From positions 1 to 27,589 of IMG/VR virus record IMGVR_UViG_3300048080_000580: a DNA stretch of 27,589 nucleotides; one strand, 5' to 3'. The position numbers and the translations under genes are program-made. Positions 1 to 7,368 of this stretch are shown piece after piece. The notes under the pieces were generated by a model that worked only from the letters and a program-made list of their open reading frames with translations, made no database searches and was not told where the DNA came from. The first letter of the stretch is position 1; the number at the start of each line of letters is the position of its first letter. The stretch comes from a virus (lineage: Duplodnaviria; Caudoviricetes).

Positions 1-1
1 G

Positions 2-589
2 GTCGGATCGATCGAACTGGGCGGTGCTTTCGTCAACGGCAACGCCTCGCTCATTGACGGCGAAACGTTCGGCCCAATCTCGGATGGCTTCGCCTCCAAG
101 ACCTTCGAGTTCGACAAGACAGGCAACGGCGTGTCAGGAGGCAACGTAGTAGTCAACGTCACGGCCGCCACCACGAACAGCCTCGTAATTCAGGCGATGA
201 TCGCCGCCGCCAACGGTTGCGGACTCTTCCTCCGCGCCGAGGGAACCAACGCCCGGGTTTACTTCTACGCTATGCTCCCAGGCACACGCGCTAACGGAAC
301 TATCGCCGACACCGTGGCCAACACTGGCTTCGTGCCTGCCGCCATGGCCGGAGGAACGAACGTAGCGATCGGAGACTACGTGATCGTCTCGGAGCCGGGG
401 CAGGACGTCCTGGTCCTCGCCGAGGCCAGTGTCATCGCGCGCGGAATGAACGTCACGCGCAGCGCCGCAACCGCTGGGCACGTCGCGGCTCTAGCTGGAG
501 CGGGAAACTACGTAGGGAAGACTCGAACAGCGTCACCGGGAACGATCGCGCCAGTCCTGGTCAGGATGGACGCGGCCTACGCGCCCTAG
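2..589 (+). CDS. 5'-truncated virion-associated protein; C-terminus resembles a DUF2190/capsid-cement-like beta domain
   Basis: Frame is open from base 2 (VGSIELGG...KTFEFDKTGNGVSGG) to TAG at 587-589, so the true start lies outside the window. Gly/Ala/Val/Thr-rich; ends VIARGMNVTRSAATAGHVAAL...VGKTRT. Confidence 0.6.
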   Translation, partial: VGSIELGGAFVNGNASLIDGETFGPISDGFASKTFEFDKTGNGVSGGNVVVNVTAATTNSLVIQAMIAAANGCGLFLRAEGTNARVYFYAMLPGTRANGTIADTVANTGFVPAAMAGGTNVAIGDYVIVSEPGQDVLVLAEASVIARGMNVTRSAATAGHVAALAGAGNYVGKTRTASPGTIAPVLVRMDAAYAP

Positions 590-816
590 CCCTCGTCCCG
601 CCAGTACCAGCAAGGCTTCGCGCCGCTGGTCACGTCGCGATGAGAGGCCACCGCTACGGCGCGCCCTCCGCCTGCGGCCTTGTACTCCAACTTGCAGAGG
701 CCGTTCGGTGCGTCCATCCACATTGTGATGTTGGCGTCGTACTTCCCGCCCATGTCCTCGAACGTGACCTCGGCCATCGCAGTGTGCTGCCTGCTCGCGT
801 CGGGCTTGTAGGGCAT
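586..816 (-). CDS. hypothetical protein, 76 aa (MPYKPDAS...CWYWRDEG)
   Basis: ATG at 816 is preceded by AGGAGAGAAA. It is the C-terminal part of track ORF 586..1386, whose upstream part overlaps the 825..1733 gene. Its stop shares CTAG with the convergent gene. Confidence 0.7.
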   Translation of the reverse strand: MPYKPDASRQHTAMAEVTFEDMGGKYDANITMWMDAPNGLCKLEYKAAGGGRAVAVASHRDVTSGAKPCWYWRDEG

Positions 817-824
817 TTTCTCTC

Positions 825-1733
825 CTAGAGTGGCGGGCCGATGAGGGCCATGACCAGGCCCGTGGCGCCGCCGGACTTGGCCTGAAGCGCGTAGCCGACG
901 TTGGCCGCGAGTGCCGAGGCCGCCGTGGCCCCCTGCTCCTGCGTGGCAGACGTTTGGATGATCCCCTGCGCCACCACCGCGGTCGTCGTGCAGAGGATCG
1001 GGAACACGCCGGTCAAAGCGCACTGGACGATCGCGCCGTTCGTGTTGCCGGTGACCACCACGAGGGCGGCGCTCTGCGCGGCGCCGGTCGTCCTGATCAC
1101 CGTCTGGTTGGCAGCAGTCGAGATTCGACAGAGATCTCCCGCCGTTAGCGTGATCCCGCTTCCGTTCGTGAACGGCATCACGAAGCCGGCTGCGGTACCC
1201 ACGGCGGTCTGCAGCTTGATCTGCGTGGCGAGCAGGCGCATGCCTGCGAAACCACCGTTCGACCCAATGACGAAGTCGTCGCCCGACGGGTAACCACCCA
1301 AAGCTGGCTGCGTAGGATGGTGCCCGAGGTCCGCTCGCACCGTACCACCGCCGTCTCGCCATTCGCTGAGCGGGTAGCCTACCCAACGAACGTCACGAAG
1401 CAGGTTCTTGGTCGTACCGTTCGCAGCGATCTGGACCACTCGGTCCTGTTGAGCCCCGGTGGTCGGGGTGTCCACGCCGGACAGCCACTCCTGCGTGAAC
1501 GCCTGAGCACCGGCGCCGTCCGCCGAGGTCGTCTGGATGACGTTCGCTCCGTTGAGCAGCCGCACCAGCGCCGCTTGAAGCTCTAAACGCGAGATCCCAT
1601 CCACGAGGAACTCGAGTCCCTCAGGCGCGGTCCTGCGTCGGATGATCTCGTTGTCGGACTGGATCGGTAGTGGTGTGCCCAAACCTCCACCGTAGAAGCC
1701 ACCCTGATCTCCGCCGTACCAAGAGCTCGGCAT
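825..1733 (-). CDS. putative virion structural protein with C-terminal DUF2190/cement-like domain
   Basis: 302 aa, AAGGAG RBS. C-terminus NGSGITLTAGDLCRIS...VVAQGIIQTS...VGYALQA has the pattern of cement/decoration domains. Confidence 0.6.
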   Translation of the reverse strand: MPSSWYGGDQGGFYGGGLGTPLPIQSDNEIIRRRTAPEGLEFLVDGISRLELQAALVRLLNGANVIQTTSADGAGAQAFTQEWLSGVDTPTTGAQQDRVVQIAANGTTKNLLRDVRWVGYPLSEWRDGGGTVRADLGHHPTQPALGGYPSGDDFVIGSNGGFAGMRLLATQIKLQTAVGTAAGFVMPFTNGSGITLTAGDLCRISTAANQTVIRTTGAAQSAALVVVTGNTNGAIVQCALTGVFPILCTTTAVVAQGIIQTSATQEQGATAASALAANVGYALQAKSGGATGLVMALIGPPL

Positions 1734-1742
1734 TACGGCTCC

Positions 1743-2138
1743 TTACGCCCGCGCGCCGGCGGCGATTGCGGAGATGGTCACGTTGCCTGAGAGAGCTGCA
1801 GAGGTACCGTTGCGCATCCAACTGACCTTGACTGTCTCGGATACAGCTGCGATTCGAACTTTGATGCGGACGTGGTTGGTTGCCCCGGGGGTCGCGATCG
1901 TCTGATCGGCGGCTTCACTCCAGGCCACGCCGGAGACGACGCCGAGTTGATGATACGTATCGGCCTGGTCAACCCCCTGGAACTCGACCTTCCAGAGGAG
2001 CCCGACCGTTTCATCCCCACCAGTGTAGTCGATGAAGAGGAGGAGATCCTCGCCCGCCGTGGCTTCGAACGTCTGTGCGACGTACGCGCCAGTCAAGACG
2101 ACAGCCTGCGCCAGTACCTTGGAATTGTTCTTGGCCAC
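1743..2138 (-). CDS. hypothetical beta-rich protein, possibly virion decoration
   Basis: 131 aa, GTG start with AGGAGG at 2143-2148; tightly packed with 825..1733. Confidence 0.7.
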   Translation of the reverse strand: MAKNNSKVLAQAVVLTGAYVAQTFEATAGEDLLLFIDYTGGDETVGLLWKVEFQGVDQADTYHQLGVVSGVAWSEAADQTIATPGATNHVRIKVRIAAVSETVKVSWMRNGTSAALSGNVTISAIAAGARA

Positions 2139-2162
2139 CAGACCTCCTACAAAGCTCCGTAA

Positions 2163-2191
2163 ACATTACAACTCTTTGGCAAGCGCGTCAA
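2163..2191 (-). promoter_or_regulatory. putative sigma70-type promoter TTGACG-N17-TAATGT
   Basis: AT-rich divergent intergenic region. -35 at 2191-2186, 17-nt spacer, -10 at 2168-2163, upstream of the RBS of 1743..2138. Confidence 0.45.
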
Positions 2192-2208
2192 GGTAGAAAG
2201 CAGCCTAA

Positions 2209-2231
2209 GATCAAGCACAAGGGAGAAAAGA
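2209..2231 (+). repeat. intergenic motif half-site GATCAAGCACAAGGGAGAAAAGA
   Basis: 23-nt exact match to 10912-10934. Confidence 0.95.
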
Positions 2232-2250
2232 TGGTGTAGACTGGGCCTTC

Positions 2251-2598
2251 ATGGAGTGGCAAGACTGGCTGCAGGATGTCCGGGCAATCGCCGTGGAGCA
2301 TAAGTCACGGCATCTCCCCGACATTGACCGTGTGATCCAGATGCTTGAGGATGGAGTCGTGCCCTCTCCGAGGGTCCTAGCTCGATTCAGGGGGCTGTTC
2401 GCCACTACCCCTGTGTGCGCCAGGCTCGAGTCAGACGGGGCTTGCGCGTGGCTGCGGCCTCATGGGGCGGCCCACGGGCTAATCGTCCCGCCAGCGGGCC
2501 AACGTGCGATCTGCCCGTTCTTGCGGAAGACTGAAGAAGGCCGTAACAACTGGGATTGGTGCGCTGGGTACCGGAGGGAACTTCATGCAGACGATTGA
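2251..2598 (+). CDS. hypothetical protein with four Cys (possible metal binding)
   Basis: 115 aa; first gene of the plus-strand block, overlapping the start of the next gene. Confidence 0.6.
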   Translation: MEWQDWLQDVRAIAVEHKSRHLPDIDRVIQMLEDGVVPSPRVLARFRGLFATTPVCARLESDGACAWLRPHGAAHGLIVPPAGQRAICPFLRKTEEGRNNWDWCAGYRRELHADD

Positions 2599-2872
2599 GT
2601 TGAAGGTCTACGAGCTCGACGAGAGGGGGAAGCCAATTGACCAGGCTCCAGTCCTCTTGAAGGAGTTCGTCTGTGTCGACCTGGATGACGGACGACATCA
2701 AGCCAAGCGAGTCATCCTAGAGAAGGGCTTTATCCTGCGGTCCCTGAGCTTCGTCAGTTTGGAGAAGAAGTCACCCACGAAGCAGCAGACTGCACTTGTT
2801 GCGTACGTCGCCAAGTTGCCGCCAACGACTTCGGGGATTCCCGGCTGGCGATACAAAGCGCCCCCGCGCTAA
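2585..2872 (+). CDS. hypothetical protein, 95 aa (MQTIELKVYE...)
   Basis: ATG at 2585 with GGAGGG RBS at 2572-2577; preferred over the track start at 2504. Confidence 0.7.
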   Translation: MQTIELKVYELDERGKPIDQAPVLLKEFVCVDLDDGRHQAKRVILEKGFILRSLSFVSLEKKSPTKQQTALVAYVAKLPPTTSGIPGWRYKAPPR

Positions 2873-2878
2873 CCGCCG

Positions 2879-3955
2879 TTGTCCACTCCAGCCAACATCA
2901 GCTCGAGGATCCAGACCTACGCAGATGCGTTTGGTAACTTGGACCTGCGTGTCGGGGTGGGTGCTCCGGGAGATCCTATCCTCGTTCGGGGGGAAGCGAA
3001 GTCTCCTGGCGCCGCGTACAACTCCGGCAACCCGAGCTTCCTCAACGCCGTCATCACCGGGATCGCTGGAGAGATCGACGCGCAGATCTCTTCCTTCTCG
3101 GGCCAAGCCTACGCCGCGGGCACGTCGTCCACGCGTGGTGGAACCCTCTCGTTCGCGAACGCCGGCAACGTGTCGTTCGGCCTGAACGGGAGCACCATCA
3201 CGGCGACCGCTACTGTACCGGCCAGCGTGCAGTTCTACGCGGCCGGCACGACGTCAGGATCCGGGGGCACACTCAGCTTCTCCAACGCCAACGGGTTCAC
3301 GTTCGGGCTGAATGGGAGCACCATCACGTTGAGTGCTTCACTGACGGCGGCGGCTCCAGTCCTCTCGTTCTACCAAAACATGCAGGCAGCACAGTTCGCG
3401 TCCTTCACGACGCCGCAAGTCAGCACCGCAATCAATCTCAGCCTGCAGAGATTCTCAGTTCCTTGGAACATGACGGCCACACTTCTTGAAATGCCGGGAG
3501 CCCTATCGGTACTGGGCAGCGCTTCCGCGGAATACTCGCTCAGTGTGGCTGTGTACACACTAGCGGGGCTCTCCGCAAGCCGAATGTCATCCGCGCAGGC
3601 GACAGCTTCTTTCGCGAGCGGTTCGAACAGCACGCTCTCGTCCGTGTACGGAGCTTGGACGAACACGCAGTGGCGATCGGTAGCGATCGGCTCTTGGAAC
3701 TTTACGCCGGGGGAGTATATGTTCGCGTTCATGATGAGCGCGACCGGGTCCTCGGCGATTGCCTTCTCGTGGCATGGCATGAGTAGTCTATCAGTCCGCG
3801 GATTCATGGGGGGAGAGCGCAGCTTCTACTGGGCGAATGGCGTCTACACTTCTGCAACAGGTGCGTTCCCTGACGTACTGCAGTTGAGTCAGTTGATCCA
3901 GACAGGAAGCACACCCAATAGACAGGTCTTCTTTCAAATGCACGGAACCTACTAG
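2879..3955 (+). CDS. Ser/Thr/Gly/Ala-rich protein with internal tandem repeat; putative virion fibre/decoration protein
   Basis: 358 aa, very few charged residues, two copies of YAAGT..GGTLSF.NA....FGLNGSTIT, beta-rich C-terminal domain. Confidence 0.7.
   Translation: MSTPANISSRIQTYADAFGNLDLRVGVGAPGDPILVRGEAKSPGAAYNSGNPSFLNAVITGIAGEIDAQISSFSGQAYAAGTSSTRGGTLSFANAGNVSFGLNGSTITATATVPASVQFYAAGTTSGSGGTLSFSNANGFTFGLNGSTITLSASLTAAAPVLSFYQNMQAAQFASFTTPQVSTAINLSLQRFSVPWNMTATLLEMPGALSVLGSASAEYSLSVAVYTLAGLSASRMSSAQATASFASGSNSTLSSVYGAWTNTQWRSVAIGSWNFTPGEYMFAFMMSATGSSAIAFSWHGMSSLSVRGFMGGERSFYWANGVYTSATGAFPDVLQLSQLIQTGSTPNRQVFFQMHGTY
3110..3328 (+). repeat. coding tandem repeat, 126-nt (42-aa) period
   Basis: 3110-3202 vs 3236-3328; 23 of 31 aligned residues identical. 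Confidence 0.9.
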
Positions 3956-3971
3956 GTTCGAGGTCAAGGGC

Positions 3972-4730
3972 ATGAAAAGTCGAAGAGCTAAGAAGGGCAT
4001 GATGCCGGCGCACAAGGCCGCAGCATCTCCGGGCCGCGGATTCGAGATGGTGAAGGTCCTCCCAGGCTCGACCTACAAGGACAACTCGACAGTAATCGTG
4101 ATCCCATCGAGGGGTATGGTTCATCACCGCTTCGTCCAAGCAAAGAACGGCTTGATCGCTCCCATGAACGCCAAGCGTGGGGAACTTTGGGCGGTAGGGG
4201 ACGAGGTCGGGGTGGCGTACGACCGGACCATCAAATTCATCCTCGCGCACGATGAGCTCAAGACCTGGAAGTACGTCATGACGATCGAGGACGACAACAT
4301 CGTTCCTCCCGATGCCCACATCCGTCTTCTTGAGTCCATCGAGTGGGGCAAATTCGACGCCGTGAGCGGGCTCTACTTCACCAAGGGCGACGTGAATATG
4401 CCCATGGCCTACGGCGATCCCGAGGAGTACAAGAGGACCGGCACGCTCGACTTCCGCCCGCGGGACGTACGCGAGGCCCTGGCTGCTGGGCAGATAATGC
4501 CGGTCAACGGCATCGCCATGGGTTGTGCTCTGTGGCGAATGGACTTGTTTCGCGAGCTCCCACCACCTTGGTTCGTCACGATGTCGGACTACTTCCCAGG
4601 GAAGGGCGCCGTCGGATCGACGCAGGACCTGTGGTTTTGTCGAAAGGCGAAGGAGGCCGGGAAGACGCTTGCAGTGGATCTCAGAATTAAAGTTGGACAT
4701 TTGGATGTGTCCAGTGGGATTGTATTTTAA
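3972..4730 (+). CDS. GT-A fold (family 2-like) glycosyltransferase
   Basis: VIVIPSRG strand, YVMTIEDDNIVPPDA (DxD-like), AMGCALWR, QDLWFCRKAKEAG and terminal VGH, all typical of phage GT2-like enzymes. Confidence 0.8.
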   Translation: MKSRRAKKGMMPAHKAAASPGRGFEMVKVLPGSTYKDNSTVIVIPSRGMVHHRFVQAKNGLIAPMNAKRGELWAVGDEVGVAYDRTIKFILAHDELKTWKYVMTIEDDNIVPPDAHIRLLESIEWGKFDAVSGLYFTKGDVNMPMAYGDPEEYKRTGTLDFRPRDVREALAAGQIMPVNGIAMGCALWRMDLFRELPPPWFVTMSDYFPGKGAVGSTQDLWFCRKAKEAGKTLAVDLRIKVGHLDVSSGIVF

Positions 4731-4748
4731 CCAAGTTCAAGGAAAATT

Positions 4749-5450
4749 GTGTTGAACAAGAAGAAGGTGGAACTGGCCTTGGCGAAGTCCCGTGCGGAAC
4801 TCAGACTAGATCTGGCGTGCGGGAGGTCCTGCAAAGAAGGCTTCGAGGGCGTAGATCGGAAGATCCTCACGGGTGGACCGATCCTCGATGCACAGGGGAA
4901 GCCGACCGGGCGAAACCACGCAGACGTGGTACACGCCGTCGACCTCTTCAAGTTTCCCTTTCCCTGGGCCGACAGTTCGGTCGAGGAAATTTTCTGTTCT
5001 CATTTCATAGAGCACATCCCAGCGCGAGAGGTAGAGGCTCGGGATTTGCACGACCCTCGCAAGGAGGATCAGAGTGTTCTGATCGGGAAGGACATGCTCG
5101 TCGCATTTTTCGACGAGTGCTATCGTATCCTGAAGCCAGACGCGTTCATGACGATCGTATGCCCGTCGGCCAGGAACGAGCGCGCCTTCCAAGATCCGAC
5201 TCACCGGCGTTTCATCGTGCAGAACACCTTCGCGTATTTCGACGCCACAGCCCGTCAGGCCATGGGGATTGAACACTATCTGGGCGGGTGCGACTTCTTG
5301 TCTCAGGTCGGTTGGTACCATAGCGACGACATCACGCTCCTCAGCGAAGAAGCCAGGCAACGGCGGTTTGGTGCGGAGTGGAATGTGATCTGGGACTACA
5401 ACGTCAAGGCCAAAGCCTGTAAACCGAGCAGGGTGGTGAGCGTGAAGTAG
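4749..5450 (+). CDS. class I SAM-dependent methyltransferase (Methyltransf_11-like)
   Basis: LDLACG motif I, FPWADSSVEEIFCSHFIEHI, ECYRILKP, FQDPTH. Confidence 0.85.
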   Translation: MLNKKKVELALAKSRAELRLDLACGRSCKEGFEGVDRKILTGGPILDAQGKPTGRNHADVVHAVDLFKFPFPWADSSVEEIFCSHFIEHIPAREVEARDLHDPRKEDQSVLIGKDMLVAFFDECYRILKPDAFMTIVCPSARNERAFQDPTHRRFIVQNTFAYFDATARQAMGIEHYLGGCDFLSQVGWYHSDDITLLSEEARQRRFGAEWNVIWDYNVKAKACKPSRVVSVK

Positions 5451-5456
5451 CTATTG

Positions 5457-5495
5457 TTCCTTGTGCTTGATCAACTGTTGATCAAGCACAAGGAA
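5457..5495. repeat. dyad of the intergenic motif: TTCCTTGTGCTTGATC-AACTGTT-GATCAAGCACAAGGAA
   Basis: Perfect 19-bp inverted repeat around a single T at 5476, between convergent genes. Confidence 0.95.
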
Positions 5496-5507
5496 ATAAA
5501 GCCCGTG

Positions 5508-7325
5508 CTACGGGACGGGCGTCGTGATCGTGTAGGTCACGTTGACGCAGTAGACTCGTACGTCAAGCGCACCCGCGCCAGAGTTGCTTGCTTGTAGATC
5601 TACCACGAACGACCGGGCGTCTCGATCCAACCCGATTGAGCCTGAGAAGATGGACGTGGACACGATGGCAGCGGTGCCGACTGTGGATGAGGCCGTGCCA
5701 ACGGCGGTTCTCGTATTGCTGGTGCCGTTTGCTTCCAGCCACGCTCCATAGAAGAGCGTGTCATCGGTGTCGCCAGACCACACTATGGAGATGCCAGTGA
5801 TCGTAGCGCCGTCGGGAACACGGTCGATCGGGAAACTGGCTGTTCCACCCTTCACCCCCGCGCCTAGGGCGGAGATAGTGCGGATGTTGTGGCGTGTAGC
5901 GCCATCCGTCGTCAACGTGTTGACGACGGACCAATCAGATGCACCCGCTGCGGTGCGTTCCAAATTGGCTGCCGGTGCCCCAATTGTGTGGACCATCGTG
6001 AGGGCGGGGTCCAGGATGTACGCCTCCGAGAACACCGCGTTCCAAGTCAGCCCCGCCGACCCAATGTCCCTGGTCCCGTCTGCCTCCGGCATGATGTTGC
6101 CGGCGACGTCGACGCTCGCCGCGAAAACGTTCCATCGGTTGGTGCCCGCTCCGGTAGCTCCAAGGTCACGCGTCGAACCGCCCGTGAGAAGGTTCGACGC
6201 CATGCCGGTGACGTTGAGCGCCGTGAGGAAGGCCGTGCCAAAGCGGGTGGTACCGTCGCCGAGGTTGTTCGACGCGGACGACGCCAGGATGTGCCCGCTG
6301 ACGGTGTCTCCGCCGCGCTGGAAACGGCCGTTGATGCCGACGAGGAGTTGGTCGAGTTGCGCCTTGACGTGGGTTGCCGTTGTAGAGACTGCACCGCCGG
6401 TGGTGTTGAGCGAGCCTGTGGTCGCGGAACTCCCGATCTTGGCGGACCCGCCGGGAACAGTGCCGCCAGCGGTCGAGCCGAGGTCGGTGAGGATCTTGTC
6501 GAGTTGCACCTCGAGCGTCGCAGCAGGGTTGGTCGTGGCGTCGGCCCAAGCTGCGCCGCCGGCGTAGTCAATCGCCGTGGCTGCGTGCTTGTCCTGCGGA
6601 GATGTGTTGGAAACGTGCCTGTTGTAGAACTCAAGGATCTTCGCGATGGCGGCTCTGGCGTCGCCCGTGCGCAGCGTTCGCGTTGGGTACGTTGACGACT
6701 CGCGAACGAGCCAGTCCTGGCGCCGGTCGGTTGCCGTGGTGCCGTCCTCGATCTCAAGAACGCCGGCGGTGTTGCGTCGTATGTCCGCGAGGAGGATGCT
6801 ACCGGTCTCGAGTGGTGGGCGTGTGGGAGATGGATCAGGAGCACCCATCGTCACCTTGAAGACGAAGCTCTCTGCGCGGAGGTAGTACACCGTGATCGAG
6901 TTCCCGTCGATCCGCGGGACGGACAAGAGGCGGTCGAATCGAATGAACAACGAGATCCAGCGCTCGTTGACGCCGCCTGGATCTGTAGAGGAACCTCCCG
7001 CAGGAGTGCCCCCCGCGCCGATCGCGGTCTCGCCGGTGACGGAGCAGTCGACCGTGAACGCGGAGCCGGTGCGGATGCGTCGTCCTGAGTTGTCGTAGCC
7101 TGTCCCAGCAGCCGCGGTGATGTTGAACGCGGATGGGTTGGTGATCGTCCACCCAGCGCGGATCCCACCGTCTATGTCAGGTGCGATCAGTACTGCCGGC
7201 TGGACCAGGCCCTGGTTGGTGTCGAGCGCGAGGTTCAGGTCTGCGAGCTCAATGGCCGCGAATGCCGAGTCAAGCTCGTCCTGAGCTACGATTTGCTTGA
7301 AGAAAAAGTCGTATAAAGTCGCCAT
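5508..7325 (-). CDS. tail fibre / receptor-binding protein
   Basis: 605 aa, last gene after the wedge gene, AGGAGG RBS. N-terminal baseplate-anchor-like region (FFFKQIVAQDELD...GTGYDNSGRRI), Gly/Thr-rich shaft with DLG...RW repeats, beta-rich C-terminal head. Confidence 0.75.
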   Translation of the reverse strand: MATLYDFFFKQIVAQDELDSAFAAIELADLNLALDTNQGLVQPAVLIAPDIDGGIRAGWTITNPSAFNITAAAGTGYDNSGRRIRTGSAFTVDCSVTGETAIGAGGTPAGGSSTDPGGVNERWISLFIRFDRLLSVPRIDGNSITVYYLRAESFVFKVTMGAPDPSPTRPPLETGSILLADIRRNTAGVLEIEDGTTATDRRQDWLVRESSTYPTRTLRTGDARAAIAKILEFYNRHVSNTSPQDKHAATAIDYAGGAAWADATTNPAATLEVQLDKILTDLGSTAGGTVPGGSAKIGSSATTGSLNTTGGAVSTTATHVKAQLDQLLVGINGRFQRGGDTVSGHILASSASNNLGDGTTRFGTAFLTALNVTGMASNLLTGGSTRDLGATGAGTNRWNVFAASVDVAGNIMPEADGTRDIGSAGLTWNAVFSEAYILDPALTMVHTIGAPAANLERTAAGASDWSVVNTLTTDGATRHNIRTISALGAGVKGGTASFPIDRVPDGATITGISIVWSGDTDDTLFYGAWLEANGTSNTRTAVGTASSTVGTAAIVSTSIFSGSIGLDRDARSFVVDLQASNSGAGALDVRVYCVNVTYTITTPVP

Positions 7326-7368
7326 GTTAGCTGTCCTCCTGCCTCGACCTGTTTAGGTAGTGTACCAC

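Noticed and set aside
817-1386. N-terminal 190 aa of track ORF 586..1386 (likewise 21655..21945 and 27240..27308 of their track ORFs)
   Set aside because: Arg-rich alternative-frame extensions overlapping real genes; better starts or a frameshift entry exist downstream.
5508-7325. Diversity-generating retroelement target in the tail fibre
   Set aside because: No template/variable repeat pair or reverse transcriptase is seen in the window.
7359-7367. Extended -10 candidate TGGTACACT (minus) upstream of the tail fibre
   Set aside because: No -35 and no second example; too short to support.
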